This document shows, one piece after another, positions 1-14,095 of a stretch of DNA of 64,000 nucleotides. Source of the stretch: Vicugna vicugna (lineage: Eukaryota); NCBI GenBank assembly GCA_013265495.1, contig MU058337.1:3316686-3380685 (forward strand). The letters run 5' to 3'. Made by a program: the position numbers and the translations under genes. Position 1 is the stretch's first letter, and each line of letters opens with the position of its first letter. Below the pieces are notes generated by a model. That model searched no databases. It worked only from the letters and a program-made list of their open reading frames with translations, and was not told the DNA's origin.

Positions 1-3000
1 TCTCTTCAAATTTGTAACATTTAGAATAAATAATTCTCTTACCACATTGTGCAATTAAAATAAGAATAGTTACTTTTTCTATATTTCTTCCAAAAATAAC
101 ACTACAAGAAACAATTACTTTTTAAAACCCTTGTATTCAATCCAAAATGTCGAGATAAAATTAAACTTTTTACAAGAAAACTCAAGTCAATCCTTCTAAA
201 AAGAAATGTGCCTTAGCAAGAGAAACAAGATAAAAAATGATCCTGAAAATAGTGTTTCCTTTTGCAAGATTTCACCGAAGCTTTAAAAAGGAAATGCTTT
301 ATTTAACATATGAGTAATCATAAGTCAAGTTAGCTGGGTTTTACCAACTTGATAGAATGTTGGCAAATTCTTTATTTGGTTAGCTTGTTTTATTTTATTC
401 TGTGCTAGTTCAACTTACATCTGTATATTTTGAGAAAATCCAGATTTGCCAAATACTATTAACAGGGTTAACGCATATATTTAACCACATCTATGGTTAT
501 TTACCTCCATTTGGGGAAAACGTTGCAGAAGATGTCACTGTAGAGCACACATGTCTCCAAAACCAAGGCGAGCAGAGACTATTTCATTTCCATTTAAACA
601 CTGAGATAAATGCCAAAATCGTTGCTTTTAATACATCCATAGATAAGAAAAGACTGGAAGGAGTCTTCAGTTTTTCTGCATGTGTAGTGTTTTTAGGAGG
701 CTTTGCACAACATGTGGTTGCTTAGTATTAGGAAGAGAGAGAAAGCAGTATTGAAGGGTCCCCCGTGGAGCCCAGTGGCAGGGTATCAGCTCTGAAATGC
801 CACTGAACAGCCCCGGCAGGAAATGCGAGCACTAACGCAGGCTCTTTTGTCAGGGCTCTGAGTGTTCCCTATTAAAAGAAGTAAACACGCTTTGCAAAAA
901 GTAGACATCTTCTCCCTTTACACAAATAGCACATGTAAGAGGAAACAGCCCCTAATGGGGACGCTGTCTCGCTTGTCTCCCACTTCTCAGTGGCTTTTCT
1001 CCAGCCAGTAGCTGATTACGATGACAACGTGCGCTCAGCTGAAATACACACACAAGGTCTGCTTATTTCTCTGAGAAAGAGACGCTTCCTCTGAATGTTA
1101 AGGCACCTGCTATCTGTGTCTAAGGTTATTTAAATAATCGTCTGCCTTCCACCTCATTTTGCACAGTCAGAACTGCATTTTCTTTATGCTCCACCTACCA
1201 GATGTGTTAGATTCCTCTGTCCCTAGGCACGCACACGTGCACACACACGCATATGCACACGCTTGTCCACCCATGAAGAGGCTGGCCACCAGCGAAGTCA
1301 GATTTGTCTTCGAGAAGGACAGCTTTCACCAGATAAGGGCTAGGACACACTCAGGGTTTTCCTAAGTCCCCTAGGGACTACGCGGTTGTACCAAATGTTC
1401 CTAAGAATGGCATAAAGTACAGATAAATGTGCCTTTATGATGAAGATTTGAATTGCTCACTATCTGTTAAGCATTGCATAGAAAAAAATCCGCTCCTCCA
1501 TCTCTACTGAATTTTCAGTAGGTCTGGCTCCGGCAAGGCAGAGGATGTTAGGAAAAGCCACCTTGATCAAGAAAACCAAGTGGGAGCAATAAGGAAGCAA
1601 CTAAATGCGCCTGGAGTTCCAAAAATTACTAGAGAATTTGGAGCGCTTTGACTGTTTTTTTCCTCATGTAGACAAGTAGCTTTTACCCACCCCTAGTCTT
1701 AAGTTATCTTACATAGAAAGATGGGGGGGAAATGCCGATTCTGTTCTGACAGACCTTTGCTTCTGAACAGTAGGATTCTTTGTCACCTCGAGCCCAAAGG
1801 AGCAGAAGACGAGCAGATCCTGGGGTAGCAAATCTGCAGAATCTTGACTTGAGAAAGTCAGAACTGGAAACAGCGCTGCTGGGATGGAGGTGACGGGCTG
1901 CTCAGCTCCCGAAATAAATTCTCCAGGCCCTGCAGGAACAAGTCTGCAAATTGATTTTCTTTCTTTGCGGACACAGAGGCCTCCCCACCCACAGCCCAAG
2001 GACATTGTCTTCCTGCTTCACTTTTGAAGTTTATCTGGATGTTTTCTTTTTAATGGGAAAAAAAAAAAAAAGCAAAAACTGAGTCTACAAAAGATATGCA
2101 TTTACAATGACTTTTTTTTTCAGTGAAAACACATGTAAGGAAATTTCAGTGAAAAAAGTGTTTAATTTTTTTCTGTGATGTTTCTGATGTTTGGAGGTAC
2201 TTCTCATTTTATTCAGTCAGAAAGGTATACCCAGGAAAAACAATGTGTCTTGTCTAATTAACTTGTACTTGGAATTGTGGCAGCAAATACCAGCTAGTCT
2301 TGGGTAATTAGACTAAATATCTAGGCAATGAAAATTACCATCAAGGGGGAATCAGAGAAGGATTCAAAAACCTTTCATTCACACATAGACTCATTTCTTC
2401 ACTCAATAAAGTTTTGAGCACCCACATATACAAAGACGAATAAGAGTAAAGAACCTTAAAGGTAATAAAGTGTTGGGGTTTTTTGAATACAAGGGTTTAT
2501 GGCAGATTAATTTTTTTCTGTTGTTTATTTTTTCTTTATTTCATAAATTTTCACTAATGAATAAGTATTACTTTAATGGCTAAAATAAAAAGATGTTTGT
2601 TGTTTGAAAAACTCCATTCAGAATAAGATTTAGTGAAGAAAGGCATTCCTCACTTCAAGTTTAACTGCTACCATAATTAACAATTAAAATATAGTATCTT
2701 AGAGAATCAGATCCTAGCTCAGTTTCTTTCAATAAGACCTCACAGATATATTATGGGAAGTTGAGAAATTTCCTGCATTTTTGCTTAATTTTACATTTTT
2801 ACTTAGTTGTAAATCTGAGAAATAATAACGTCACTTAAAAAATGATGGGTGATCAGATTAATGTGGGTGCTCTCTGCAAGGCAGGCGAGGGCAGCTGGGG
2901 TGGAGAAGGGGGTGTCAACACCCCTCCAGAGGCATGACTCCCATTGGCAGCAGTCCCCCGCCTCTGTTGAGGGGCCCGCTTTCCTCGGGGTCTCTGCCCT

Positions 3001-3149
3001 GCACACCCGCAGCCTAGAATCCCTTTGGATCCCCAGCATCCTCAACCACCCCCTTTGTGTTTGTTTAAAACCTTTTAAACATACAGAGAAATTTTGTCAT
3101 AATTATGCAGAACAGATTCCCCACGATCATAGGAGTGCTTTTCTCTTTA

Positions 3150-3323
3150 ACATTAATCACTGCCTGAAATGATACATTTCACTTATTAATTATCCCCCTT
3201 TAGAATTTTAGGTCCATCAAGACAGGATCTTGCGTGACATCTTCACCACTGTTTCCCTGGGCCTCAAACAGTGACTGGCACAGGACAGATACTGAGTGCA
3301 TAATTATTGATTATGCCTAATGA
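3150..3323 (+). mobile_element. LINE-2 (L2) 3' end relic
   Basis: 'ttagaattttaggtccatcaagacaggat...cactgtttccctgggcctcaaacagtgactggcacaggacagatactg' resembles the L2 3' terminus. Confidence 0.65.
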
Positions 3324-3441
3324 TAGCTTCTGCGTAGAAATTAACTGAAGCCTCTAAAGCCACAAAAGAAATCAGGTTACAAAGTGAACCATCCAGTCAG
3401 TGAAGTCGCTGTTTTGAGACTGAGACGTGCCAAGTTAGCTG

Positions 3442-3635
3442 TTTTTCTCATTCTTATTTTTATTGAAGTGTAGTCGATTTACAATGTTAGTTTCAGGTGT
3501 ATAGCAAAGCAATTTGGTTATGCGTAGACACACTATATATATTTTTTTTCAGATTCTTTTGCACTACAGTTCACTACAAGAAGTTGAATCTAGTTCCCTG
3601 TGCTATATGGTAGGTCCTTGCTCTTTGTCTAGTTT
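3442..3635 (-). mobile_element. 5'-truncated LINE-1 3' end (cetartiodactyl type)
   Basis: T-rich tail, then 'tattgaagtgtagtcgatttacaatgttagtttcaggtgtatagcaaag...tagttccctgtgctata'. Homologous to the copies at 20.6, 25.5, 33.9 and 40.0 kb. Confidence 0.85.
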
Positions 3636-6239
3636 CATGACTGCCTACGCACCGTGAGGGAACGACAAGATAAATGGCGAAGACAGAAAACCTGAAGGAG
3701 AAAGTCAGAGACCAGAGCCACATGTCTAGAACTTAGCCGCTCTCCTCCCACTGACCTTCAGGCTACCTTCCTGCCTACAGCAGCCTCAATACCAGCCTCG
3801 TAAGGAAAGAAGCCCCACCCACAAGACCATCACGGACAGTGAAACTGCAGGGAGAGCAAGTATTTTTGCCTGTGATGCTGGCACAGATACCACCAGAAGC
3901 AAAAAGAAAGGGCAGGTTTCTCGACAGTCAGGTTCTCCATGATGCTGTCTCTTTACACTAAATCCATCATCCATGTGTTTCTTAGAACCACCTGAGCGCG
4001 TCTTTCTTCCTTGCATCTGGAAAACTTTTCTAAAACGCTAGGCTTTCTGTGAATGGCTCACCTTTTAAGCCCATGCATATTTCCTTGTAAACAGAAGCCA
4101 GAAAAGGTCTAGAAATTCAGAAATGTCTAGAGATTTAAGATAAGCAGGGGAGACACTATAACAGGAAGTTGAGCATGAGTTCTTGGTACTCTGCCTCCCC
4201 GCCAGTTACATCACCTGTGCGTAGGCATAAAGCCTGTGCAGTCAGCGGAGGATTGACAGACTCCTGATGGAATAGCAGGACGTGTGCCCTGTCTTCACCC
4301 ATGACCCTCGGAAAACTATCGAGGATGTCTGTCCCAGGCTTTCTGCGAGAAAATTGAGGCTAAATGTGAATCTCTCTGGAGACAAGATTGTGATGGTCAT
4401 AATTTTTCTCACATTGTATATGATTGCATATCATTTGTGCTCCTTAAAATTACATATAATGGAAAACCTTTTAGTTATACAGTCCTCTGTAGGGTGCTCT
4501 GAGGAAAATGCAGACAAGACAGATGATAAATGCACAGATAATCAAACAGTGGGAACCTGTCTCTTGCCCTTTGCCTCGCAGAAAGGCAGAATGTTTAGAG
4601 CTGTGTGAAACTACCAATTTTCACTTTCCATCCATTCACTTCAAAACTTGGGTTTGGCAATCACTGGAAAATGTAATCTGATGCGTAATATTTCCGTCAG
4701 CGAAAAGATTGAACGGTGACTAGAATTCTGTGCTTTTGTGAGCTCTCATACACACTGCTTCCAGAATGCATCTAAATAAGCTCCTGAATATTTATCTCAA
4801 TCGTTTACTTGGGCTGGAGGTACATTTCCGCAGTTGGGATCAAGCTGGTAAAGGATTTTTATTGTCAGTTGCAAGGGAGACATCTGTCCCTGATTTATCA
4901 ATATCCCCACTATGTATGATTTACTTTATAAACATATGCACAGAGTTCTTTAACTCTGTCCATGATCCTTCCTTCTTCTTTCACTTTGAGAATGAGTCTC
5001 CATAGTTGAAACGGTGTCGTCCAACCTTATTGAAGTGGGGTCCACGGGCCCACTTTCCTTTGATAGTTAATAAGAAATCTCTAAACGAGGGGATAAGGAG
5101 AATGCCAAGACACAGCATCCTACACACTTGCCTGCACATTTCTCTTCATGGCAACATGGTTCCCTACAGAACCTTGCCTTGAGTGACACGGTGATATGTT
5201 TGTGTCAGTGAATCACAGTATCCTGTAGCATTGGTGGAAAGAACAGAGGAGACAAAGCGTAACATGAACTAGGCGATGAGCTGCTCAAGATAAGAATCTG
5301 AAGTAATCTTTTAAGTATCTCCATCACCTATCTGCCATGCCTAACTCATTCTAAGCAGTAAAGAATCTAACCTCCCAATTTTTCTGAAACTGTCAAGTTT
5401 GGTCTTCTCTCCTTAACCTGTTTTCTGCCATTATATTTTATATATGCTGTTGACATTTCTAACAAATCCCCTGGTGTCCTTCTTGTCTCCATATTATCTG
5501 CCATTTATTTTCAGTAATAGTCATTATTTAAAAATCTAATTCAAGCCATTGAATCACTCCCCTTATGACCTAATTGTAAAAATGAGGATGGATATTATGA
5601 GATAATGCTTTGTGAAAAAAAACTATATTATACAAATATGTTTATACTTTATTCTCAGAAGAAATCAACTTTATTTTGTGGAATCTTTAAGCAAAATTTT
5701 TTCATACTATATTTTGAATGGATTTATATTGGCTTGAAATCTTCAGCATTATCCAAATCACTGTCATCATATAAAATAAAAACAAGAGAATGTAAGATTC
5801 CTTGCTTTAAAAATGTCAAAGAACAGGAATTTTACTCTGTGGATAATTAATATGATTTTACAGATTATGTCTGTGTTCAAATATTTGGGATAGTATTAAT
5901 ACCGTAATAAGGTAAAAACAAACCAATGGCACCAACATAATTGTCTGCTTCTTAAAAAAGAATGACAAACACTTTCATAAGAACACATCAGATTTCTGAA
6001 GTGTGAAATTCCTCATGTATCGAAGTTTTCCGAATGCTGTACTTCATTGAATTTGTCCAACAATGCAGCTTCATAGAGGAAGTTTATGTTCATAAATCAG
6101 TCCTCTCCCTTTATGTTTATGAAAAAATCTTAATAATATACCAAGTTTTGATAATATACTAAACCATGTCTCAAAGTGTATCACTCACAGCATCAAGCAT
6201 TATGTAATAAAAAATGCAGTTTTAATTGGATGGTGGCAT

Positions 6240-6288
6240 TTATATATATATACATATATATATATAGTCATACACATATATATATATA
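6240..6288. repeat. Interrupted (TA)n microsatellite
   Basis: Directly visible TA/CA dinucleotide run. Confidence 0.85.
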
Positions 6289-9200
6289 GTCAGTTCTTAA
6301 CTATTGTTTCTATGTCTTCTTCTAGCCCTTTAATAATTTTGAATTTATTTATGTTATATTCTTCTTATTATCATTTTATTACCTCCACTTACGGGAATGC
6401 AAAATATTCTGTTACATCTTGTAATTAAACTTCTTGAATAGCTTTCTTCTTGCAATTTCATATTCATTCTGGGGAGCTGTCTTCCCCCCAAGGAGTATTG
6501 TGTACCAGCTGCCCTATATTGTCAAAGTACTAAATAAAATACCTTTGTTTTGTTTTGTTTTTTTGCCGGAGCTCACAAAGGATTTCTCTGCTGCTGGATC
6601 GGTTTCCATGTTGGTGCCTTGCTTTAGGGCTGCAGACGGTGCAGAGCAGCATCCCTGAGCACGGCTGGAACAGGTCTTGAGTTTTAGTTGTTTGCAGTTG
6701 ACTGTTCACCGCTATTGCTTTTGTTTTCTCTAACCATGACCCTGGGCAGAAAGTGAGCATCTTTGCAGCCTTCCTAGGCTGATGGGCAGAACATTTCTAA
6801 ACACAAGAATTCTTGCAGATTTCAGCATTTGAAAAAGGCTCTTTAATTCAGATACCTGCTATGAAGCATCTGAGGCCACATTTCCCAGGTCTTGACACCC
6901 ACAGCCCAACAGTGGCATCAATTCCAGTTTATTAATCTAACTTTGAGTTTCATACTTGTTTCTAAGAATGGCTATGACATTTTCTATTAATTTTAAGTAT
7001 TTTTAATCCATTATTTCCAGGGGTATTTAATTGGGCCAAAGGGGAGGCAGTCAGTGCTAGTTTAGATGCCTCTTTCCAGATTGTATAAAACAAATTTTTA
7101 TTGTTATTTTAAAGTAAGGAAATATAGTTTCCAAGTTATTAGTAGAAATACAATATAGAGAGGCAGAAAATATTGTTCCAATGAGCCTTAGGGTTTTTCA
7201 GAGTTTCAATAATCATAAGGTTAACAAAACAATTTTTATGATTGTAAAATTATCTCATATCACAACATTTTTCACAGAATAATTTTCTTACATTGGACCT
7301 GTTTGGTGTGGTCCTATTTATAGTATATTTCATTACAAGCTAATCTTCTACACTTTGCAACTGAGTTCTGATGAAGTAATACAGACTCTGACACTGAGAT
7401 TTATTGTATGTTTCATAGACTTACAAGTGTCTTGGGAAGTATATGTTAACTAATATTTAAGATATTTCCATAAAACTCCTTAATGCTTTCTTATTTAGAA
7501 GACTAGATGCCAGGCTTCCGAAAGAACATCAATAAATAAATACATGAATATATTAAATAAATTTATATATGTATACAAATGCAGTACTTGGATATTAAAA
7601 CAATACATCATTTAAATCCATATCTATAAAACACTTAAAAAAGAAATCTTATCTCTAAACTGGTACAGTATTGCTATAAATTAATGCCTTTAAAAAGCCA
7701 CTTTTTCATAAAAGAAATATTGTAATAATTATATATTTTTTCTCGATATAACTGATATGTTATCAACTTAAAAAAATAAAAAGGGTGAATTTTCTCTCTG
7801 AGCTAATGAAGTGGTATTTCCATTTTCTGTCACTAAATGCCTTAGGCCATACCCTGAACTTTTCAACTCACATGTTCATCTTGACTAAGACCGTATACAC
7901 ATTGAGGGTTTCTGAGATGTCTGCTCCATATAATCTGTAGCAGGGAGAAACTCTCAAATGGAGTTTCAGTTGCTTAGAAACACTTGTACCGTGTGAGTTA
8001 TTAAGTAATATCTTAATAAAATTTGCACTGGAATAACAGTTGTCAGGAAAAATAAGTGAGTGCAATAACAACTTTTATTTATCCTTCATTTTTGAGAAAT
8101 TATCAGGCTAATTATGTTTTGGGAAAATACTCAGTGAAAGCAGGTAGGTAGATTGTTAACAAAAGATCTAAACATATTTCAAATATACTTTGATATATGA
8201 TGTGAATAATTTAGTAGTTAAATACGTATGCTCTGTAGTGTTTGTCATTTGACGTATTTTATATTGCTGTTGACACTGAAAATTTTATGATTAACATGAT
8301 CAACATTAGGCAAACATTACTGAATGGAAAATAACTTTCTAAGTATAACTTCTGGCTGTGGAATTTCACTGCCATCATCATTATGATATGTTTGTGTACA
8401 CAATACCACTTTCATAAACCTGCAAAACAGTAAGTTCTTAATGGGTGCTGAAAAAATTAACTGTTGAAACATTCTGAGGTTGAACAGTATAAAGCACAAA
8501 GTTTCTCTTAGTTTGTCAAGTAGGATGGTGACAAGACCTCGACCTGTTCCAGCCACGTTAAGTTGGAAGAACACAGAGTATGGAGTGTGATGTAGTGGAA
8601 ATTTTATTTAACCAGGATTGTTAATACCAAGGCTGTCTGACAAAGTGAGAGCGGGGTAAAAGCTAATGCCACTGAGTTACTATAGCGGTTGACCGCTGAA
8701 TTAAAGTCGGGTAGAAGAGGGAAGTTAGGACACGAGGAAGAATGATACATCCCATTAGATTTGAAACACATGAAGAGCCATCACGCAATGGTGACTGAGT
8801 AGAGTCCTTTAAGGTAAATTATGGGGGGTTTGCAACTGTAAGTAAGGACAAGATCTTAAGTATGACAATTTAAGTGTTTTTTTTTAAATAAAGACTTTTG
8901 AAATGTCATGCCCTACCACTCTCATAGAGAAATATCATTTGCTCTAGTAAAACTAAAATCTTCAATTTCACCACCCACTGAGCTCATTATCCTTTCTCTC
9001 TTTATTCTGGGCTTCTGGTCTTCCCCACGTTGCAGAATCCTGCTAGTTGTACATCTCCTCCATGAGCAATATCTTTGTGATCCTGGTCATAAACCACCTC
9101 CCCTTTCTCATCAGTTACATTCCTAGTGTTAATACAAATCTTTGTGAGTTTCAAACTGATTTTTCCATAAATTAATTAACATGAGGTTTACTTATAATTA

Positions 9201-12200
9201 TGAACTTACTTATGATATAGATGTGAAGTAATAAAATAGTGACTATAAGAACCAATGAAAATCACTTTTTTTCCTAAAATTTCTAGGTAAGATACCCAGA
9301 CACTGGATTGACCAGATTATTGATCTGATGAAGTTTGACATTTTAATATTGTTAACTGCTACATCCTCACATGGGTTGATGTGGACTGAAACAACTTTTA
9401 GAAGACCTGAACAAGACACCTCGCTCTGTTATTTAATTGATGATGGACTTTGAAAATGTCAAGTAATTCACGGGGGTATTAATCTCTCTCTTCTCAAAAA
9501 ACTGCATTACTAATCAGTGTAATGGTGATGTGAACACCAGATTAAAAATATTTGTATTTGTATTAACAGCTATCAAATGCAGGATCTTGGTCAATCCATC
9601 TGAAACTCTTTACTTACACATTCATGTCAACTATTAATCACAAAGTCATTAAGAAGTTAAAACAATGTGAAAACATCTTTTATATTGTAATACTCTAAAG
9701 AAATATTAAATTTTCTCATAATCTCATCTTATTAATTTTGAATTAACATTTTTATTTTTAATCTCTAGTGCTTATATTAATCATTCTCATTTAAACTTAG
9801 AAAGACTCAAATATCACATATCAACTTAAGCTAGATTGTATAAATATTGGTAATTAACATAAAGAAGCTCTAATTAATTAAATATATAAACATTTTTATG
9901 ATCCTACTTGTTTCTTAATATTTTACTTCTTAATATTTGCCAGTTTTTGAATTCTTCTTTCTGTTATGAAGAAAGAAACTTTCCTTTATGTTTCTTGACT
10001 TTGCTGGCAACCATTATATATTCCTTTTTTTGCTTTTTTGGTATGTGGTAATGGTTTACTTTATTTCAATGTTGTAAAAATATATGCTTCATAACATTAT
10101 TTATTATTCAGTTGTATTCTTCACTCTATTCCATGGATATATATTCTTCACAACCTTCCATGAGAAGGTTTATTATTAAAGACTCTATACAAATAATCTC
10201 AGCATATCTGTATCACAAGCAGAGAAATTGATTATTCGCAAGAGAAAGAATTAATATAGTCACCCTCAGTGCTGGTGACCAAGAGCCAAAGAGTTGAAGA
10301 TAACAGACCCCACGTTAAAAGTGACTCTGAAGATCACAGAAATTGCAGCATCCACAGCCCCAGGTGGACTTCGGTATTAGACAGTTGTGAGATCATTTAG
10401 GTGCTAATTTGCTGCACTGGACTCATGGTACTCAGATACTTACTTTAAAAGAGCCATTCATCTTTGCAGTAATTTGTTTAATAATCTTAAAATAAACAAT
10501 GACTATGTGTCAGATATTTAGCTGGTTTTTGGTTAATGAGTTAGTTTAATCCAGACATTCTGAACTTAGTTGATAAAATACAGGTGAAAGCAAATATTCC
10601 AATATAAAATGGTTAACACATGGATAAAGGAAATACCAGAGAATGTGAACGTGGAGAGAAGCCTGGAGGAAACATTTCACATTTAGTAGAAGAAATTAAT
10701 TGTTTTAATTAGGTCTTGCAGGAAGAGAAATTTCGACCTTTCTCTGCCCATAACAAGGACGTGAAATTCAGGAGAAACATCTTGGATCTTGCGAGAGCCT
10801 TCGGTGACAGGGTCTGAAGATGACCGTTCACAGAGCTGAAATCATCTCAGGACATGGGCCATGTGGGAAGAACAGTTGGGAAGGTATTGGTGTTTGTAAT
10901 AAAACAATCCTGAAATTTGCAGGGAGGGATCATTTCCTATATGCAAAAACTAAAGCCTTTAAGGATCACATTAAATTTAATTAGTTAAATTTTTTTTTAT
11001 TTTACTGCACTTGGAAATTGTACTTTTCTTTAAGTAGATGTTCATTCCTCTTGGGAAATGTATAGGATTCCTGCCTCTTTTTAGAATCCACATCAGAGGA
11101 CAACCATATTCTGTACCATGACAGCGGAATCTATAAAGTAGAGAGGATTAGAATAAGGTCCCAGCGGCAACCTAGAACAGCTGTGATCACTAAACTGCTC
11201 AGGGTCAAGGGTATCCTACCAATAAAATAACGGATACTGCAAATGTAACAAACAGGGAATCATTAAAAAAGAAAAAGTCCTGATAGGAACTTCCAAAGCC
11301 TGAATCCTTTCTTCTTTCACAAGGTAAATACCTGTCTTATTTGAAAAACTAAAATGAAGAAATAACTTCACTGGATAGAATAACAGGCTCACTTGGAATT
11401 CTGTTCTGCTATCAAACGGTTATCATTAAAAATGTCTTATATAAGTTTCAAATTAATTATGTTTCATTTTTTGAAAGTGTTTTGAGTTCCTTTTGCACAT
11501 GTATTTGTATCTTCTAATACGAAAGGAAATTATTGGGATTCCATAAACACTTGATTAGATATAATTTACGTCTGTGTACTTTGCTATGCAAGCAAGTTAC
11601 CTTTTGTTTCTGCTGCTTATTTCATGTGACTCTGAGCAAAGCTGGGTTAGGACACTTGACTTACTCTTTTGTCACTGTCCCACTGTGCCTAGTTGGCAAA
11701 TGCTATTTCCTCCGTGTGTTCTAGCAGTTGGATAGAGAACTTCTCAGCATCAAGTGTTTCCTCCCAGTTTGCTCATCATGCTCTTGACTAGGTCTAGAGG
11801 AGAAGATGCAGTTATGGAAACTGGTTTTGTTGCCCAGCTTCTGCTCAGATTGATATAACTGGTGTGTCTTTCCCTGTATTATGTCAATGTAGCCTGATAT
11901 TTATTCAAAGAAACTTCTAGGCAATCATAAAAATAAATAGACTCTAAATATTCCTTAATAAATCAGAAAGCTTAAAAAGGCATTCTGTGGCATAAGTATG
12001 TTAATATAGAGGTACTTAAACATTGTTTTTATGCTTCTAATTGCAATATATTTAATAATAGTAATATTATTATTATAGTTGTACAAACATTAGAGGTTCA
12101 GATATGATTAGTTCTACAGTCTGGATTTGCTCTCTTTCTTAAGTTTATATTATTGTCCTTAAGAGTTTTATTCCCAATTTTATATTTTACCTTAAAAATC

Positions 12201-12689
12201 CAATGGATGTAGAAAAAGAAGGGAAAACATGCACAATACAATCAAATTTCTAATTTTAGAAGATGACAAAATGATGAATTTAACAGTTTCATTTTATAGC
12301 GAACCTGTACTTTTTCCAGTCAGTATCCATATGATTCCTTTTCTATAGAACATGAGATGGAAGATTGCATTTATTAAACTTTTTTCCTATACTTGACTAT
12401 GTTCTGTCTTAAATTTTAGCCATCTGGTATAGCATCTGTTAAAAAACATACTTATCTTTCTTGGATTCTGGTCTTAGTTATAATTAATTTGTCCTTCAAG
12501 ACACCATTTTACCTGATACAGATGAATATAATTTTCTATAGCCCAAAATGCAAAAAAAAACCCAAAAAACAATAAAAATTCGGTGAAAAGTTAGACACCA
12601 TAGCTTTCACCTTCAGTTAGGGTGTAGAAACCACAAGAAATGTTGTTCCCAACCTCATTCCAAGAACAGGAAATCTAGGTAGATTATAT

Positions 12690-14095
12690 ATAACAAGTGC
12701 ATTTACTAGAGTTGTTTAATCCAAATTCTACAGAGAAAACTCGATGGCATTTCTAAATACTGAAAGCAAACAATAGGATACAAAAATAAATGGCCACTTA
12801 TAATAAGAATATACATTTCTTAGGAAAAAATAACAAATAACATGTAAGACATTTACACTAAAAATTATAAAATATCCCTGAGAATAGACTCACACACATA
12901 AGGCCACTTATTTTTGAAAAGTTGCCAAAATAATTCAATGGAAAATGGATTGTCTTTTCATCAAATGAGGCTGGAACAACAGGGCATCCACATAAAAAAT
13001 ACCATTCTTCTTACTCATACATGATCTGAGCTGGAATACAGATATAAAGAAATATAAAAGATAAAACTGTAAACATTCTAGAAGAAAACATAGGAGAATA
13101 TTTTTGTGACCTTGAGATAGGCAAAGACTTTTTAGAGAGTTTGTAAAAAGCACAAACCATGTAAAAATTGATTAAACTTCATTAAAATTAAAATTTGCTA
13201 CTTATTAGAAAACAATTTTAATATTATAGGGAAACCATCAACTGGAGGAAATATCTGCAAATCTTGCATCCAGAACATATAAAGGAAATATAACAGCCCA
13301 ATTAAAAGGGGGCCAAAGACTCAAACAGACACGTTGAGAAACAGAGTTGGCCAATAAACACATAAAGAAATCAGTGCTCAGTATCTTGATCCTCTGGGAA
13401 GACCAAATTCGAACCAAAATAAAATGCAATTTTTCCATGTTAGAATAACTAAAGTTAAAATGCTTGAAAATAATGAATATCAATGAGGACATGGACACTG
13501 GGGTGTGTCTGGAAAATAAATTATAACAACTTCAGAGAACTCTGCATGGTTTCACAGAAAGTTAGACATATATCTACCCGTGACCTGCTGAGTTCACTAC
13601 TAGATATTTATCCAAAAAAGGGGAAAATATATGTCCTAAAATAAAGTCTGCACAAGAAGGTTCATGGTAGACTAGTGTATATTAGCCCCTGAATGGAAAG
13701 AACCCAAATGTCCATCAATATATACATGTAAAATCAAATTGTCCTATATGTTATACAATGAAATAGCACTAAGGAATTTTTTTAAAAAGCTATTAATACA
13801 ACCACAATCATGGATGATTTCATAAGCATTATATTGAGCAGAAAAGCTATACATACAGTACAATCCCATTTTTATAATGTCTCAGAACCAGTAGAACCAA
13901 TCTTGGGTGAGTGATAGAAATCAGAACAGATGATGGGTGGTGGGAGATTGATGGAGAAAGAGCCCAGGGCAACTTTTCTGGTTGATGAAAATGTTGTATA
14001 GCTTAACTGGGGTGGTGGTTACACAGAGAGAGTATTTAATTATCAGAATTCATTGGCCATCTTGATTTTGTTTTTATATAAATTATACTTTAAAA
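12690..14095 (+). mobile_element. Old LINE-1 (L1M-class), ORF2 3' part plus 3' UTR, degenerate
   Basis: Typical L1 ORF2-end motifs: 'gttgccaaaataattcaatggaaaatggattgtcttttcatcaaatgaggctggaacaac', 'ctagaagaaaacataggagaatatttttgtgaccttgagataggcaaagac', 'aacccaaatgtccatcaa'. Many stops. Confidence 0.85.

Noticed and set aside
11305..11330. Third recursive-site-like motif (ctttcacaag|gtaaat)
   Set aside because: The AAG acceptor and weaker donor are consistent with chance.
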